From assembly GCA_965287045.1 (NCBI GenBank), contig OZ336884.1, positions 46,128,001 to 46,192,000 on the forward strand: 64,000 nt of DNA, in the 5' to 3' direction. This document shows, in pieces, positions 38,766-52,896 of this stretch; position 1 is the stretch's first letter; every line of letters begins with the position of its first letter. The translations under genes and the position numbers were made by a program. The DNA comes from Carcharhinus amblyrhynchos (taxonomy: Eukaryota). The notes beneath the pieces are model-generated. The model had not been told where the DNA came from. It ran no database searches and worked only from the letters and a program-made list of their open reading frames with translations.

Positions 38766-41700
38766 GAGTCTTTAATGGTATGCTAGGTTTAGAATCATAG
38801 AAACCCTACAGTCCAATGAGTCTGCACCAATTCACAGAGTATCTGACAGCACTCTTCCCCACCCTATTCCAGTAACCCCATACAGTTACCATGGCTAACC
38901 CATCTAACCTAAACATCTTGGGAGACTAACGGTCAATTTAGCATGGCCAATCCACTTGACCTACACACCTTTGGACCATTGATCAACAGTTGAACAGTCC
39001 TTAAAAAAATAATTTTATGTTTGCAAACTGTCAAATTTCTCAATTCTGATAAAAATTCTATTAAGCTTGATATTCTACCTTACGTTATCCTACCTTAATC
39101 TCATCTGCATGTCTCAATTAAGTTATTAAATAGTGTCAGAAATGAGTGAAAAAGCTTGAAATCATTGTCCACTGTTGCTTAGTGAACTTGATTGAGATGG
39201 ATTGCCTATTTGGTAATATCACTTGCTGCATGTCTGGAGACCCTCATGACTTGGTACCAGATTTCAACTGACATTGGAAAGGAAAATTCCACATCAGCGA
39301 ACACTAATCCCTTGTGATCAGCTATCTTCGATATTAGCAGTGGATGATGTTGTGTTCTGCCTGGCTGCAAAATCTGGGTCAATGTAATAATTAATTCCAA
39401 GACTTTTAGCCAGTGTTTTGTGATCAATTTCTGTAATATGAAATATTTTTGTATGTCCTCAGTCATGTGATCAAGTAGACCATTCTTACTTGCGCTGAAA
39501 TTAAATATAGTCTGTTTATTTTGCATTTTTAAGCAATACGTTTTGATAATTTTGATAGAAATGGAGCTCTCTAGCTAAAAAGTGAGACCTGAAGTATTCA
39601 GGCACAACTACTGCAGACACCTATGGGAACAAAAGCAATAAGAGATCCAATTTTTATTTTCATAGTTCACCCAATTATTACCTATTTGAATCCAAAACAC
39701 CAATGGCATATGACAAACTCATCACAACTAATAGTATCAGTACTTGGTGGTTGAGTTTCCACTTTATTGTTTTGGTTTTTATGGTAAAGATTATGGAACT
39801 TTCAAATTACACTTAGTTTTTGTTTTTTAATCTGGGGCAAAAGATAGCATTGTGCCAGAAGCTGGCCCTGCCCACAAAGATAGCCATGCACCCTTCCACA
39901 AGTGAGTCATTCAGAACTGGAAGTTTTATTCATTGCTGTCCCTTGCAGGTCTTCAAAGAAGTTCTAAAAACAAAAGCTGTTTGTTTTGGCCAGAAGGAGA
40001 CGACTAATATTTTTCTTTAAAATAACATTTAGTTATAAACTGACTATCCCAATATAAATAGCAAATGGTTGTGCCCCTTTCAAGTCATTTTCCATAATTT
40101 AAAGTTAGGGCCACTCTTAGTTGATGGATTGAAAGTGCTCACTTTATGATAAGCCCATCTTCAACTGCAGTCTGCAAAAGTTATCAAGGTATGTTTTTTT
40201 CATAGACAAGCATTTTTCAAAAAACTGCAGTGAATCATAATATCTGCATTTGCTGATATGTTTGTGCAATGAGCTAAGGGAAAGAAAATCACTTGGGACA
40301 ATTTTGGGTACAAGTTGCATCCAGATATAATTTTTTTTTAAATCTCCAGTGATGTGAAATTCTTTATGTTCAGCTAAGTATGAGTGCATTAACGATTTTA
40401 CTTCATAGCTTTTCAGAGGTTGTTGCATTCAGAAAATTGCACTATTAAAGGCTATTGAGTGAGCCCATACTGCTCAACCCATAGCTGTGGATTGAGCAAT
40501 TACTAAGAGGATAGATTGACAGTAGAAACTATGATTTATGAAGACCACAAGGAAAACATGGAGTAAAGCTAACTGTTTATTGTGGCAGAGGAACAACCCC
40601 TAGGGATGATGCTCAAGCAAGGATGGAAGGTGATCACTCTTGCCAGGAACAGTCATACAGCCAGGAGGTGCTGCAGGGATAACCAGAAGGTGGTGACTGA
40701 TGAAAGAAAGTGCTAAGCACGAAAACTAGGATGGCAGACAAAATAAAAATCACGATAAGGAAATCATCTTCGTATACTTGACTTAAGTTGATCTTGTAAC
40801 TTAAATGATGCTTTGGAATGAGGTTCAAATGGATGATGTTGTAAAATAACAGTGAAAAAGTTAAAAATAACACAATATTCATACTTGTAGCTCAGAAGCA
40901 CAATGTACTCACTCCTTGCCTCCCAATACTTGCAGATAAAAAACACCCCAACAAGGCCATAAATTGTAATGTGGACTGAAATTCAAAGCATATCTTTTAT
41001 CTATGCAATAGTACTACAATATTGAGATAAAGGTGAGAAGATTTCAGTTGTCTAAAATTCTCCTTCACTTCTAGAGAATACCTACTGACAATGACCAACT
41101 GAGAAGCAGCGTGGAGGTTGGTGAACCTAAAATGGAAAAGGAAGAGATTTGAAGAGCAAGTTCAGAAACCTATGTCTGAAGTTCAGGTTTTCAAGGGGGT
41201 GAGGCCTTAAAAAAAAAATCAATAAGGAAACTCGTTTCAAGTCCAATTTGATCCAGTAGGGGTATAAATGGAAGCTATCCGACCATCATAAAGACCAATT
41301 CCCTTGTTGGAAGATACTGAAGGGCAGCACCTGAACTCTCCAGACACCAGACTAAATGAACTCTGAGCCTGCAGTGCTCCATCAGTTGTGAATCTGATGC
41401 GTTGTCCAGTCTTGGCAACGAAGAAATCCGTAACCTGGGTAATGTACCACCTGCAGCTACCTATGAGATCCCACATTTGTTCACAGCTGATCCTTGAAAT
41501 TAACCAATGGCAATGAAATTCAAGGAAACAGTTACCTTGACTGCAGAAAGCAGAACATGGTGATCAGTAGTGTGAGGTCCACACTCTAGAGCACACAAAT
41601 ATCTGTCTCTGTCCTACAGAGTTGCAGTTTCCATCAGCGCTAGCTCCACAATCACCTCTATTTTATCTCACCATCCAACTTTGGCCATGAATATCTGGCC

Positions 41701-43173
41701 CCTGGTGTTTGCAGTTGAAATTGTACTTGCATTTATAATTATTCAGTGAATGAACTAAACCACAAAATACTTATTTTGCGGTCACAGCTTACAGTCTTCG
41801 TACGTATTACAGATGTGACAGAAGCACATGAGCAGCAAGCAAGTCCCTCTTACCCATCATGAAAGGAATCAAACTCTTTGCATCAGTGCAAAAGCGATAG
41901 CTGGACAACATGAGGATTTGGATTCTAACAAGTGTAGTACCTTGAGAGTAATCATCCAGTCACTGCTAAGCTCTTGGCCTTCATTTGTCTGCTTGTTGAG
42001 TCAGGAGAAGTCCCTGAAATCTTACAGGGCCCTCCAAGTGAACTTTAGGCTGCCAAAATCTCTGGAATTTAGCAAGAGTACAAGCAAAGAAGAGGTAGCC
42101 AAGACCCAAAACATATCTTTAGCAGTCCTTAAGAAATCACTAAACCTGTCCCTTCCCAAAGCACATCACATACCCCTCGAAATAGAGAAACACTGATGTA
42201 CATAACACAAGGGGTTAGCACTGCAGCACACCATGCAACTTTATTACTTTAAATATGATATCACTTTACACTTTGGTTTTATCTCAACATTTATGCTTTC
42301 CAATAATCAGCACTAATAATTGGACCTGGCCTATCAAACAAAAAACAAAATAGAACAACCCAATAGACAAAAGCAGTCCCGAAAATTCGCACAACAGGTT
42401 GGCACAAACTGGTGCTGTGATATAGGCTGAGAAATGCAAGAAAGAATTAACAAGTGCAAGTTAGAAACATTAATATCCTGTAAATCACACACTGAATTGG
42501 GGAAAGTCAAATTTTCACAGCATTTTATTTTCTTTGAAGCATAATCAGTGATTGGGGTGCCTCCCTGAAGGAATTAAGATTGTGGTGTTCAAGGTGAGAA
42601 AATTATCAGAACTATTTAAAAAGAAGCAAAGGAAGCTGAAATAAACTTTTGTGGCAACAAATGTGGAGCATTGCAAAGAAACTTCCAGAAATGCAGATTT
42701 AGCAGTGGGGATACTGACCAGTTGGGTACATGAGGCGCTACTCTTCTTAACTTTAGATCACAGCTGTGGAGAATATTCTGACAGGGGCAATGACTAGTGT
42801 AACTTCAATACACATGTAACTTAGCAACAAGTAAGGTGGCTAACTTTGGACGAAACAAAGTACCAGAACGTGAATGAGTATTTATACTTATGTGGTGCCT
42901 GTCAAACCTTTATGGATTTCTGCTATCACGCAGGAAACATTGTGACTTAGCTTACCATGCATTTCCATGCAATGGCAGAGCTAAAATGCATGCTGCAACT
43001 GAAATTGTCACATATCTTTCAAAGACTTCAAACTAAAAATGCACCTTATTTGGATAATGCATGTTTATCTACCCATTAACAAAATGAATTATAGAAGTGG
43101 CCTGCTGTTGGAACTTCCAACATTTTGAAACAACTTTGCATGCAAGAAAGAATGACTTATCTAACTAAAAAAA

Positions 43174-46100
43174 AGGGAGTGGAATTTTGAGAGATTTTTC
43201 TCTTAATTGACCAGCTAGCATGAAACAGGAGTTCCTGATCCATTTTTCAGGCAAGTTTTCACACCCAATCATACGCACTAAGCCTTTGAAAAAGTTGACG
43301 AGACCGCTTCCAGCCATGAGAAGCAGTGGCAGTGGGCAGGGCTTAATTGGCCAGACAGCCTGCAGCTCAGATCAGAGCCACAAACTGCACATGCGCAATA
43401 AGAGCAAAAAAAAAGACTTGGCTTTCTCTCCATGATAAGAAGGCAACCTGCATTAAACCCACTGGAATGCTCTAACAGGCACAGGACTTGCCCAAACGGC
43501 ATGCAGTTGATCTGCCCCAACAAGGGACAGCTCCATAAAAACCCCCAAGGATACTCAGACAGGCAGGCACTGAAAGAAGAAATGGCCTCAAGGAAGACAG
43601 ATCCCTGTTTTTCTGATGCTGATCTGGCCAGATTGCTGGAGGTGGTGGAGGTAAGTCAGGACACCTTCTTCCCCCAGCAGGACACTGCCAGAGGATATGG
43701 ATAGAAACACGGCCTGGAAGTAGGTGCAGTGTGTATAAGTACCAGGGCACTGGCCTGGAGAACCGGGAAGCAGTACCGCAAAAAACTGAATGACGTCAAT
43801 CAGGCAGCAAGGGTGAGAGTTTCACCTCATCCAGCATCTTCCCTCTAAATGACCCCCAGCATGCTGCATGTTTCCAGCCCTTGACCCCCAACCACCTCCG
43901 CACCGCCCCCCCACCCCACCCCCGAAGAGGATCACAGCCCTTGCCCTCTGAGGACGACACCCTGATATCCTCCAGGACTCATGCCATCAGATTTTACATG
44001 GCTCTTTGTCCCCAGAGGAGAATGCCCATACTTACCAGGAGAGGGTAAAGACAGGTGGTAGGTCCGAGATTCAGGTCCTTACCCACTTTGAGGAGCAGGC
44101 ACCAGAGCTTGTGGGAGAGGAGAGGATGCAAACCATTAGCAACACAATGGTTGGGCTGGAGCATAGAAAAGTGAGCATCTGGCAATCCTCAACTTTGTTG
44201 GAAATATCTCAAATAAGTTGCTTGCAGTTCAGATTCCTCTCCCTCTCTTGCACTTATTCCTGTGTCCTGTATTGCAGGAAGGGACCTCAATGTGCCTGAG
44301 CCATCTGGCATCACAGCCCCCACTGCTGCTCCCACCCATCCTGTCTCTGACAGCTCAGAAAACTCCTCAGAGGAATCCAATAAAGGGACTTCTGAAGGCA
44401 GCATTGGTTTTCTGTCAGCTTCCACTTTGCAATTCATCATCCCAGAGGCTCTCAAATCAGTGAGTCAAGTTAGTGGCAAAGCAACTGGGTCACTCTATGG
44501 TGTGCATGACACATCTGCTGATGTACATTGGAATGGAGCAAGGAACATTCAAGACCTCTGTTATCTCACCGTAATCTGTGACTAATTTATCTATGACCAG
44601 CCTCTAGCAGGAACGAACTTATCCAGATTGTCACTGGAGAGATTCTGCACATTGGCGTCAGTGAGGGAGGCCCCTCAAAGCACTGCTGTGAAAATCAAGG
44701 CACTCAAATAGTTCACTGGCTACAGTGGATGGTACACAGTGGCAGTGACTTAACAGCATCTGCCATTACGTCTGCAGAACCCACTAGAAATTCCCTCCAC
44801 CACCTCTCCACCCCAAGGCCCTGCATGGGGGTTTAGTGCTCCCCTAGCCATCACCCAGATGTGGGCCAAGGTGCCAGCGTGTATGCAGAGCTCAGGTAGG
44901 AATCAGACTAGTTTGCACCAGGGCATCATCACAATGGTGCATAGAGAGAGTCGTCATCACCCTCTTGCCTGCCCCAGAAACTCACTAACACAGCACACCC
45001 AGGATCACTACCTTGGTATTACAACGTTGCAAGAGACTATGTTGCCACACGAGGTGGGAATGGAACCCAGATGCAGCAACACAGGCCTCTAGTAACCAAA
45101 GCACATGGTGATTAAGGCTTCCCTCGCTGCTCTCTCATGCCTGACCGTTGCCTACCAGCCCCTGGTTGGTGTTGCTCATCATCCTTCTCTCCTCCTTCTG
45201 CTGGGCAGGCTCCTCCCCAGTGAAGCCCAGGTGGTCAGCTGCCATGTTCTCCTCTAAAAAGGTTTCCTCGCTGCTGCGCCAGGTTGTGTAGGGCACAGCA
45301 CACTACCAGTGTGGGACGATATGAGGGGGCTATATTGGAGGGCGCTGCCAGAGCAGTTCAGGCACATGAACTGCATTTTGAGGACCCCTAAGCACCGCTC
45401 CAGTATTGAACAAATGGCACCTTGGGCCTCATTATATCAGTTCTCTGCATCAGTCGGACATTTTATGCCGCCGACGGCTCTGGCTCAAAGGAGATGGTGC
45501 ACCTGTGCCATTTATTGCAGGACCTGGCACCTTGGGGCATGGTGGGGTGGCTTTGAAACTGACGGCCACCTTAAACTTCAGTTGCTGCCTCCTCCTTAGT
45601 TCCAACAGCAACCAAAAGAACAGCAAGGTCCATGGTTGCACTGCAAAAGCCATCTCAGTGTTCTGATTTGGAGGGAGGGGGTAGATTTGGGGAGGGGAAG
45701 AGACAGATGAGACATTAAAGAACTCTGCTCACCCCCAGCCAACAACACACAGTCCCCACACCCCCAAGCGACCCCCCAGCAACACACTCCCCATACCTCC
45801 CCCAACCATAGCCTCCAGGATGGCAAAACAGCACCCCCCCCCCCCCCCAATTCCATTCCCCATCCACCCCCCCCACCAACCACTCTCAAACACACACCCA
45901 GAACCTATGCAGTAGCGGTCACAAATCCTGCAGCACTGCCACTTCAGAGATTTTCCAACCCATCCCCCAACAGCAACAGTGTTTGCTGCTGCCTGCACCA
46001 GGACCTAGAGTTAGCGCTCTGACCCAAGTCTGTCCTGAGAGGCCGAAGTCAGACTCCATGACCAACAGCAGCTCCCTACCCACCCCACACTCTCACAGCA

Positions 46101-46509
46101 CCCCCACACTCTTGTAGGTCCCCCTGACCTAAAATGCAACATGACCACCACAGGAGTGGCGCAGAATAATTTGAAAGCAGAGACTTACCTCCTCTGCTCA
46201 AGCACCTGAATGCGACTTTTATACTTGAGGCTTTTTCCTGACTGATCCAGCTGCAGTGAATGAGGTCGTTCAAGTCAGGTGAGCTGAGATGATTGGGAGT
46301 GAACTTTGCTAATTGCATTGTGATGAATACAAAAAAGTGCAAATGATGTTTCATCTCTTTTGAGTGGGGTCCCAATCACGCCAATTTTCTCTCTTGGTAA
46401 AATGGGAATGGACACGAAAATGGCACCATTCTCGCTGGTTGCATCACGCCCGATTTTACTGCTTTTTCCTACTGCAAAATGAGTGCAATGAAGTCGTAAA
46501 ATTCTGCCC
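43174..46509. mobile_element. Harbinger/PIF transposon, decayed and internally rearranged, with spliced Myb/SANT-like gene on + and transposase remnants
   Basis: ATG at 43582 'MASRKTDPCFSDADLARLLEVVE...WRTGKQYRKKLNDVNQAAR|gtgag', with further GT-AG exons near 44015-44170 and 44278-44459; transposase C-terminus on minus at about 45130-45410; termini 'gggagtggaatttt' and 'aaaattctgccc'. Confidence 0.85.
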
Positions 46510-48978
46510 ATGGTGTGAGGGAGGGCATATATGGGTCAGGCGTCTTCTAGCTTTGAAGATATACTGGACAATCTTGAAATCAAGAACACTGAATGGGTGT
46601 TTTGACAAAGTCAGGGGCCTCCAAGCACGTTTAGGACTCGCATCGAATTTCTATTATGTGTTTTCATGTTCAATTTCATACACACTGTGCACTATTTGAA
46701 AAGAGTATTCCAGTACACAGTATTGTAACCCATGTCCTATTTCTACAAGCTTGTGGCTGGAACAAAATCAGCAACTCAAGTGTTACAAAAACAAGTACCA
46801 TTTTACAGAACACTACATCATTCACAAGCAGCAATGCAGCTAAATCCTGGGAGGTTTCAGATAGTGATCTTAGGAAGTTAAAGCACTATGCATCAAGGGG
46901 TTATCACAATGTACCAGGAGGGTATAAGTTATTGTGGCAATCAGTGAAACGGGAACTGGCTTAAGAAATAGCTATCATCCTTTTCAGCTGGCAGAACTGA
47001 AAGAAATCAACCTGAGTGCTATTTGAAGGATGCTGTCCAAGGATGATCACTGCAATCAATTGAAACTGTATAGGGCTGCCAAAGGACTTAAACATCTGGC
47101 TAAGAGTTTAAGCTACATCTGTGTTGCCATGGAGGAAGATGACTTCAGTGCAGTCTATCATGCATGTCAGTTCCAGCAGAACAAATTCAAAATCCAATGA
47201 GAGTCTCTCTCATTAAGTTATACTGTTACTGTGCAGACTCCACAACAGCCCCCATGTCCAGCTTCAACATGTTTGGCACTTAGACCAAGGAAGTATTGTC
47301 TCACTGTCCTCATTACTGCATAGCAAATCAGCTGACTTGTAGAGGAGATCCTGATTGCACATGCATGAGAAGACCAAAATCAAGGCATTGCTACATCTAT
47401 CTCAGTGCAACCAACAGTTACTGGAGAGAAAAAAAACAGGCAGGTCCAGCCAACTTCCACAGAAGCAGTTGTGATGCCACCTCAGGGGTCAGTACCAAGC
47501 ATGGAACCACCTGATTCAAATAATTATTCTCACCAGGAGTGAAAGTGGTAGCATGAGTTATAAAATGACTAAAGATATGCACACAAAATAGCATACAAAG
47601 TACCGTATGAAATCCTGAAAAATCATGCTTGCACAACACAAATTCTTCTTCCATATTTAACCTTGCTCCAAAACATTTTTTTTTTGAGCATGCTGAATAA
47701 AGCAGCAGCAGAGCAAAATAACTAATGGTGGATGGATGGTAATTGAGGTAATACAGAGCATAATGTTGGGAACATCTGATTGCATATAAATACTTTGATG
47801 CCGATATCTTCCAAGTTGAAGAAAGCTTCTACTGCAATAATTTTCTCTGGTTATGGTTGGTTGCAAGACAACAGAGATTATAAATGTTGGCAAAGGAATA
47901 CTGAAACACCTGAACAAGTTTCTTTATAGATACCATTAATTGCCTCTTTCCCCTTTCGTAAGATTTCTTGGTGTACATTGTTAAGTCTTGCAGCACATAG
48001 CAAATGGCTATATTTGAAACTTAGACAAAGTAGGGTTGCTGTCTGTACTTACGCAAAAATGTTGCATTTTCACATGAGTCTTTCATATGCAACCCACTAT
48101 GATAGCTAAGATCACAGTATCTCTGGGCCCCAGACGAAGTAGAGATAGCTGCTGCCAAGTTTCTCCAGAAGTGCAAGGTCTTATCCCAAAATAGCAATTT
48201 GAACTCTTAATTTTCTGGCATTGGCAATGGAATTCATATCTACGTTCTTCCTCCACCCATGGCTTGTGCAAAAACTCTGTTATTTGTCCTTGAACATAGG
48301 AATTTTGTTCTCAAATACACCCAACAAAGAAAACTACCTCCAAATGAAAATAACAAACACTGATTGGGATGGCAGGAAGATTACCACATGCATGAATGTT
48401 TTTAAGTCACTGACCAAAGATGGATTGAATGTCAGCCATGAGGACCATGGATGATGACAGTACCATTAATTTACTTTGGAAAACAAAGACAACTGAATCT
48501 CGACTGTTTTCTATGGAAAAAAAGCCAATGAAACGCTTTGCCTTATCAAACAATGCCTGTTTGTTGAATCCATGTACAGGTCGAGTATCCTTTATCCATA
48601 TATCTGAAATTCAAATACATTCAAAAACTGCACTTTGAATCTCATGTATCCTTAGTGTGGGAAGTCTAGTCATTTGTCTGAATTGTTTACCTTGTGATTT
48701 TTTGTTGTGAACATGTCTATAAAGAAATTTATTACAGATAGCCTGTATTTACTATTTAGTGATACATCTTACTTTTCTAGCTATTTTATTCACTTCAGAC
48801 CATAGCTAGCCTAGGCTTAGACTCTAATGTAAGAAATATAAAATTATCTCAAATCCAAAATGCAGTCAGCCCCAAGGGTTTCTGACAGATCCTTGAACTG
48901 TATTATAAATGGTCTCTGGTTGCAGCCTGGACAAAGTTAGAAGCATAAAGGTTGAGAGCATTTTCACTGCACTCAATA

Positions 48979-49311
48979 GGGCAGCTCAGCGGTGAGTACT
49001 GCTGACTCTCAGAGCCAGGGACCTGGGTTCAGTTTCAGCCTTGGGTAACTGTGTGGAGTTTGCACATTCTCTCGGTGTCTGCCTGCTTTCCTTCGGATAT
49101 TCTGGTTTCCTTCCACAGTCCAAACACGTACAGGTTAGATGGATTGGCCATGCTAAATTGCCTCTTACTGTCCCAAAATGTGTAAGTTAGGTGGATTAAC
49201 CATGGTAAATGCATGGGGTTAGAGAGATAGGTCTGGATAAGATACTCCGGAGAGAGTCGGTGCAGACTCGCTGTGCCACGTGGCCTCCTTCTGCCCTGAA
49301 GGGATTCTATA
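48979..49311 (+). mobile_element. HE1-type V-SINE
   Basis: Head with 'gggacctgggttcag', V-domain and tail 'gtgcagactcg...tggcctccttctg...gggattctat'. Confidence 0.85.
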
Positions 49312-50559
49312 ACTTTGAGAGTAGAGAAGCTGCAAAACTGTTATGGTACAAGTCATCAACCGGGCGACTCCAGCAAATCAGAGGTTGGCAATCCTCACCT
49401 CTATAATTACAGACTGAGAAATCATTTCTAAAGTTCAACTCATTGGAAAATAGTCAATGCTGCAAAATTCTTAGCCAATATACTCCTTTCAGCTGTCCCA
49501 ATGAGGGGGGAATGGTGACAAGATTTCAAAGAAGAAGAGCTCCAACTTCCATGAGCAAGCATTGAAAAATAAAATTGAGGCGCAACTTCCGAATTATTTT
49601 CAGATACAATCATTTTAAAATTGTTTCTGGTTGCAGCCTGGAAGAAGTCAGAAGCGTAAAGGATTAAAAAATGAAAGGAGGTGGAGAATTGGTTCCTGAC
49701 TGAATTGATTTACTGGAATTTGAAGAGCTAATAAAACAGATTATGAAATATCAGGGACTGCAAATGTTCTGACTTTCAGTGCCATGTTGTATCTATTCTC
49801 TCTTTGGCAGTCTTCCATCTCATGACATGATGCATGCACAAGAGATGATTTACCTTACAAAAAAGTTACATTATACAGCTTATAATCACTTCAGAACATT
49901 CTCATGACTATTTCATACATGAACTTTGACAGTGAATGATAAAAACAACCACCCAATAGGAACAGAACAATATCGTGTGTGTGCTTGAGTTTTTACTTTA
50001 AAACTCTCATTACTTTTCAATTGTGCATCTATGTTCTTTTTCTTCCCACGTGCAGCATGCATGTATTGTATTTTTTTCCCCATTATAAAGTACCTTTTCT
50101 CATGGTGTTGACTTCTCATTAATCAGCCCATGTAAAAGGGGCACTCAAGCATGTAAAACTTGCCAAGCATTTGTCTGAAGGGCATGCACTCAAAAGAAAG
50201 TTAGTACTGAATTCTGTAAATACAGGGTACTGGAAAGGATGATGGAGTATTCTCCATGGAGGCTAGGCAGGCAAATAAAATATTCTTTTCTGGTACCAAT
50301 ACCATTTGTTGACTTAAAACTGATGAGTCTTTTGCCCATTTCAAATATGATATTTTTACCCTTCACACAGCTTTAATACATTTGAATTAAAAAAATCTGC
50401 TGAACTAAATTGCAACTTCCATAGCTGGTATGTAAGATTTATTCATTTACTGCTGTTACTTTTATGCAAACTTGTTGCTAATTAAATTAATTTGTCCAAA
50501 AAACTGCTCAATTGAAGCACTAATTCCATTTTATTTAGGGTAGGCACCTCCCCATGCAA

Positions 50560-50920
50560 GGTGGCTTTATCTGCCCCTTTAGCTCCTAGGCCCAAACACA
50601 CTTTTCAAGTGAATCAGCACTTTACCTGCACCTCCTTTAATTTGGACTTTGTATTCACTGCTCCCAATGCAGTCTATCCCACATCGGAGAGACAAAACAC
50701 AGACTGGATGACGGCTTCTCAGGAAGCCTTCAAACCATTCGCAAGCAGGACCTAGATGTTCCTATCACTTGCCATCCTGCTCTCACGTCCACATTTCTGC
50801 CCTTGGCCTGTTGCACGTTCCAGTGAACTCCAATGCAATCTGGAAGAACAGCACCTCGTCTTTCAATTCGGCACTTCACATCCTTCCCGACTGAACATTG
50901 AGTTTAACAACTTCAGAGAG
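50560..50920 (+). mobile_element. Penelope-like element GIY-YIG endonuclease remnant
   Basis: 'RPKHTFQVNQHFTCTSFNL' and 'cacatcggagagacaaaacacagactgg' (xIGETKxRL); 'ctggaagaacagcacctcgtcttt' (LEEQHLVF). Confidence 0.8.
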
Positions 50921-52569
50921 CCTACTTGAAGTAGTACTGCTCTTCCCTCGACTTCACTTTTGCTGTGCAACATTACACTAGGCGAATCAAAAGATTATCT
51001 CATACACAGTGATTCTACAGTTGGCAAATAACACATCTTCAGATTAAATTTTGAGTTCACATCATCAAAATTCCATAGGTCAACTTTCCATAGCAGTATT
51101 AAAAACCAAGAAGAAAAATTTGTTCCACTAATCTTAGTCTAGTTGACAACAAATAATAAAACTTGTAGAATACAACATTACAATGTATTTTGTCATATGT
51201 TGAACTCAAAACTAAAATACATCTTTGGTACACTGTTACTCAAATTGTCAATTTTCCCTCAGATGAGGATACTAGGATGCTTAATATTGGCTTATGAGAA
51301 CTAATGTCACCACGCATGGAAGTTCACACGTGGAATAATTGTAATTAGAGAACTGTGTAATTGAAAACCTAGGAATCTAAAATATCATTAAATGTTGTAA
51401 ATACTCAGGTCCAACAGGGTCAGTGGAGAAAAAGACAGAGGAAAGACAGTTCAGGAAAGGATTTTGACCTGAGTAATCCACTGTCTTTCTCTTTAATAAT
51501 ATTTTATAAGAAAATAAATTACTTTATTGCCGTGAAGAACAGTTTGAAAATGAGTGAAATCTCAGTTAAAAAGGGATTCCCAGTTGAAAATGATTATCCA
51601 CAAATTAGAAAAACTGAAAACAAAACAAGACTAGGTCTGTCTTATCCACTGGTGTAAGTATAATCTATATGGACCGGCTGGTGAAAAATAATCCTGCAAA
51701 AATAAACTAATAAAATTAAACTGCACATAACCCTTGCATTACATTTTTTGTCATACGAGATAAAAAGTTGCTGAAATAGTGGCAGAATTTTGAAATGGAA
51801 AATGTGAAGAGGAAGCAAAACAAAAAAAAAGCCGTTATAATGATGAGGGAGCTTACTTTACCAATTAGACACCAAAGCAAAGTACTGTGAATGCTGCAAA
51901 TCTGGGACAGAGAAGAAAAATGCTGAGAACACTCAGCAGGGTATCGCGGAGTATGTTAGCCAAAGCCTCTTAAAGTGTGAAATGTAATAGTCCATTATAA
52001 CATACACTTACGTAATCTGAATGGGTCTAGGAGAAAGCAAGTGCGAGGGATTGTTCTCTTAACTGTAAAAAAAAATTTGTAGTGCACGCTGCCAACAGTC
52101 TTCAGGACATGTTGTAAAGTAATCTAACCCAATAATGAAACAATATATGACGGGCAGCAATTTTACAATACATGATAATACAAAAATCTCTACCTCTGCC
52201 AGAATGCATATACAATATAACTTTTTTTGTTTGTATAGTATTTTATAGGAAAATAAGTTCTGGGGACCCAGGTTCAAATTCTGCCACGGTAGATGGTGGA
52301 ATTTGAATTCAATAAAAAATATCTGGAATAGAAAGTCTACTGATGAGCATGAAGCCATTGTTGATCGTTGGAAAAACCCATCTGGTTCACTAATGTCCTT
52401 TAAGGAAAGGAATCTGTCATCCTTACCTGGTCTGGCCGACATGTGACTCTAGTGCCATAGCAATGTGTTTGACTCTCAACTGCTCTTGGACAACTAGGGA
52501 TGGGCAAAAGTTGCTGTAAAAAGTCTGACAAAACCAGGTTTTAGTCCAACCGATTTATTTGATAATAGA

Positions 52570-52607
52570 CTCACAAGCTTTCGAGGTTTCCCTCTTCGTC
52601 AGGTGAA
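52570..52607 (-). ncRNA. Minimal type I hammerhead ribozyme motif
   Basis: Exact reverse complement of 52859-52896: UCAC-CUGACGA-A-GAGG-GAAA-CCUC-GAA-AGCU-U-GUGA. Confidence 0.72.
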
Positions 52608-52858
52608 TGGAGAGTTCTGGCCTCAGACAGAGCATATAAAGCACAGACAGTTTAGAGATTACTGATTAGAATGCAATTCCTTACACCTAACCTGCTGTTC
52701 AAGTCCTGAAGTGGCTGACAATGTGAGTGCTCCTTCCACTCACATTGTCAGCCACTTCAGGACTTGAACAGCAGGTTAGGTGTAAGGATTCGCATTCTAA
52801 TCAGTAATCTCTAAACTGTCTGTGCTTTATATGCTCTGTCTGAGGCCAGAACTCTCCA

Positions 52859-52896
52859 TTCACCTGACGAAGAGGGAAACCTCGAAAGCTTGTGAG
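52859..52896 (+). ncRNA. Minimal type I hammerhead ribozyme motif
   Basis: Helix I UCAC/GUGA; core CUGACGA (52864-52870); helix II GAGG-GAAA-CCUC; core GAAA (52884-52887); palindromic AGCU replaces helix III; predicted cleavage after U52891. Confidence 0.75.

Noticed and set aside
39206-42196. ORFs of 80-122 aa in unique AT-rich DNA (e.g. 39206-39526, 40144-40428, 41828-42196)
   Set aside because: No recognisable domains, no consistent splice boundaries, and lengths plausible by chance in six frames of 64 kb.
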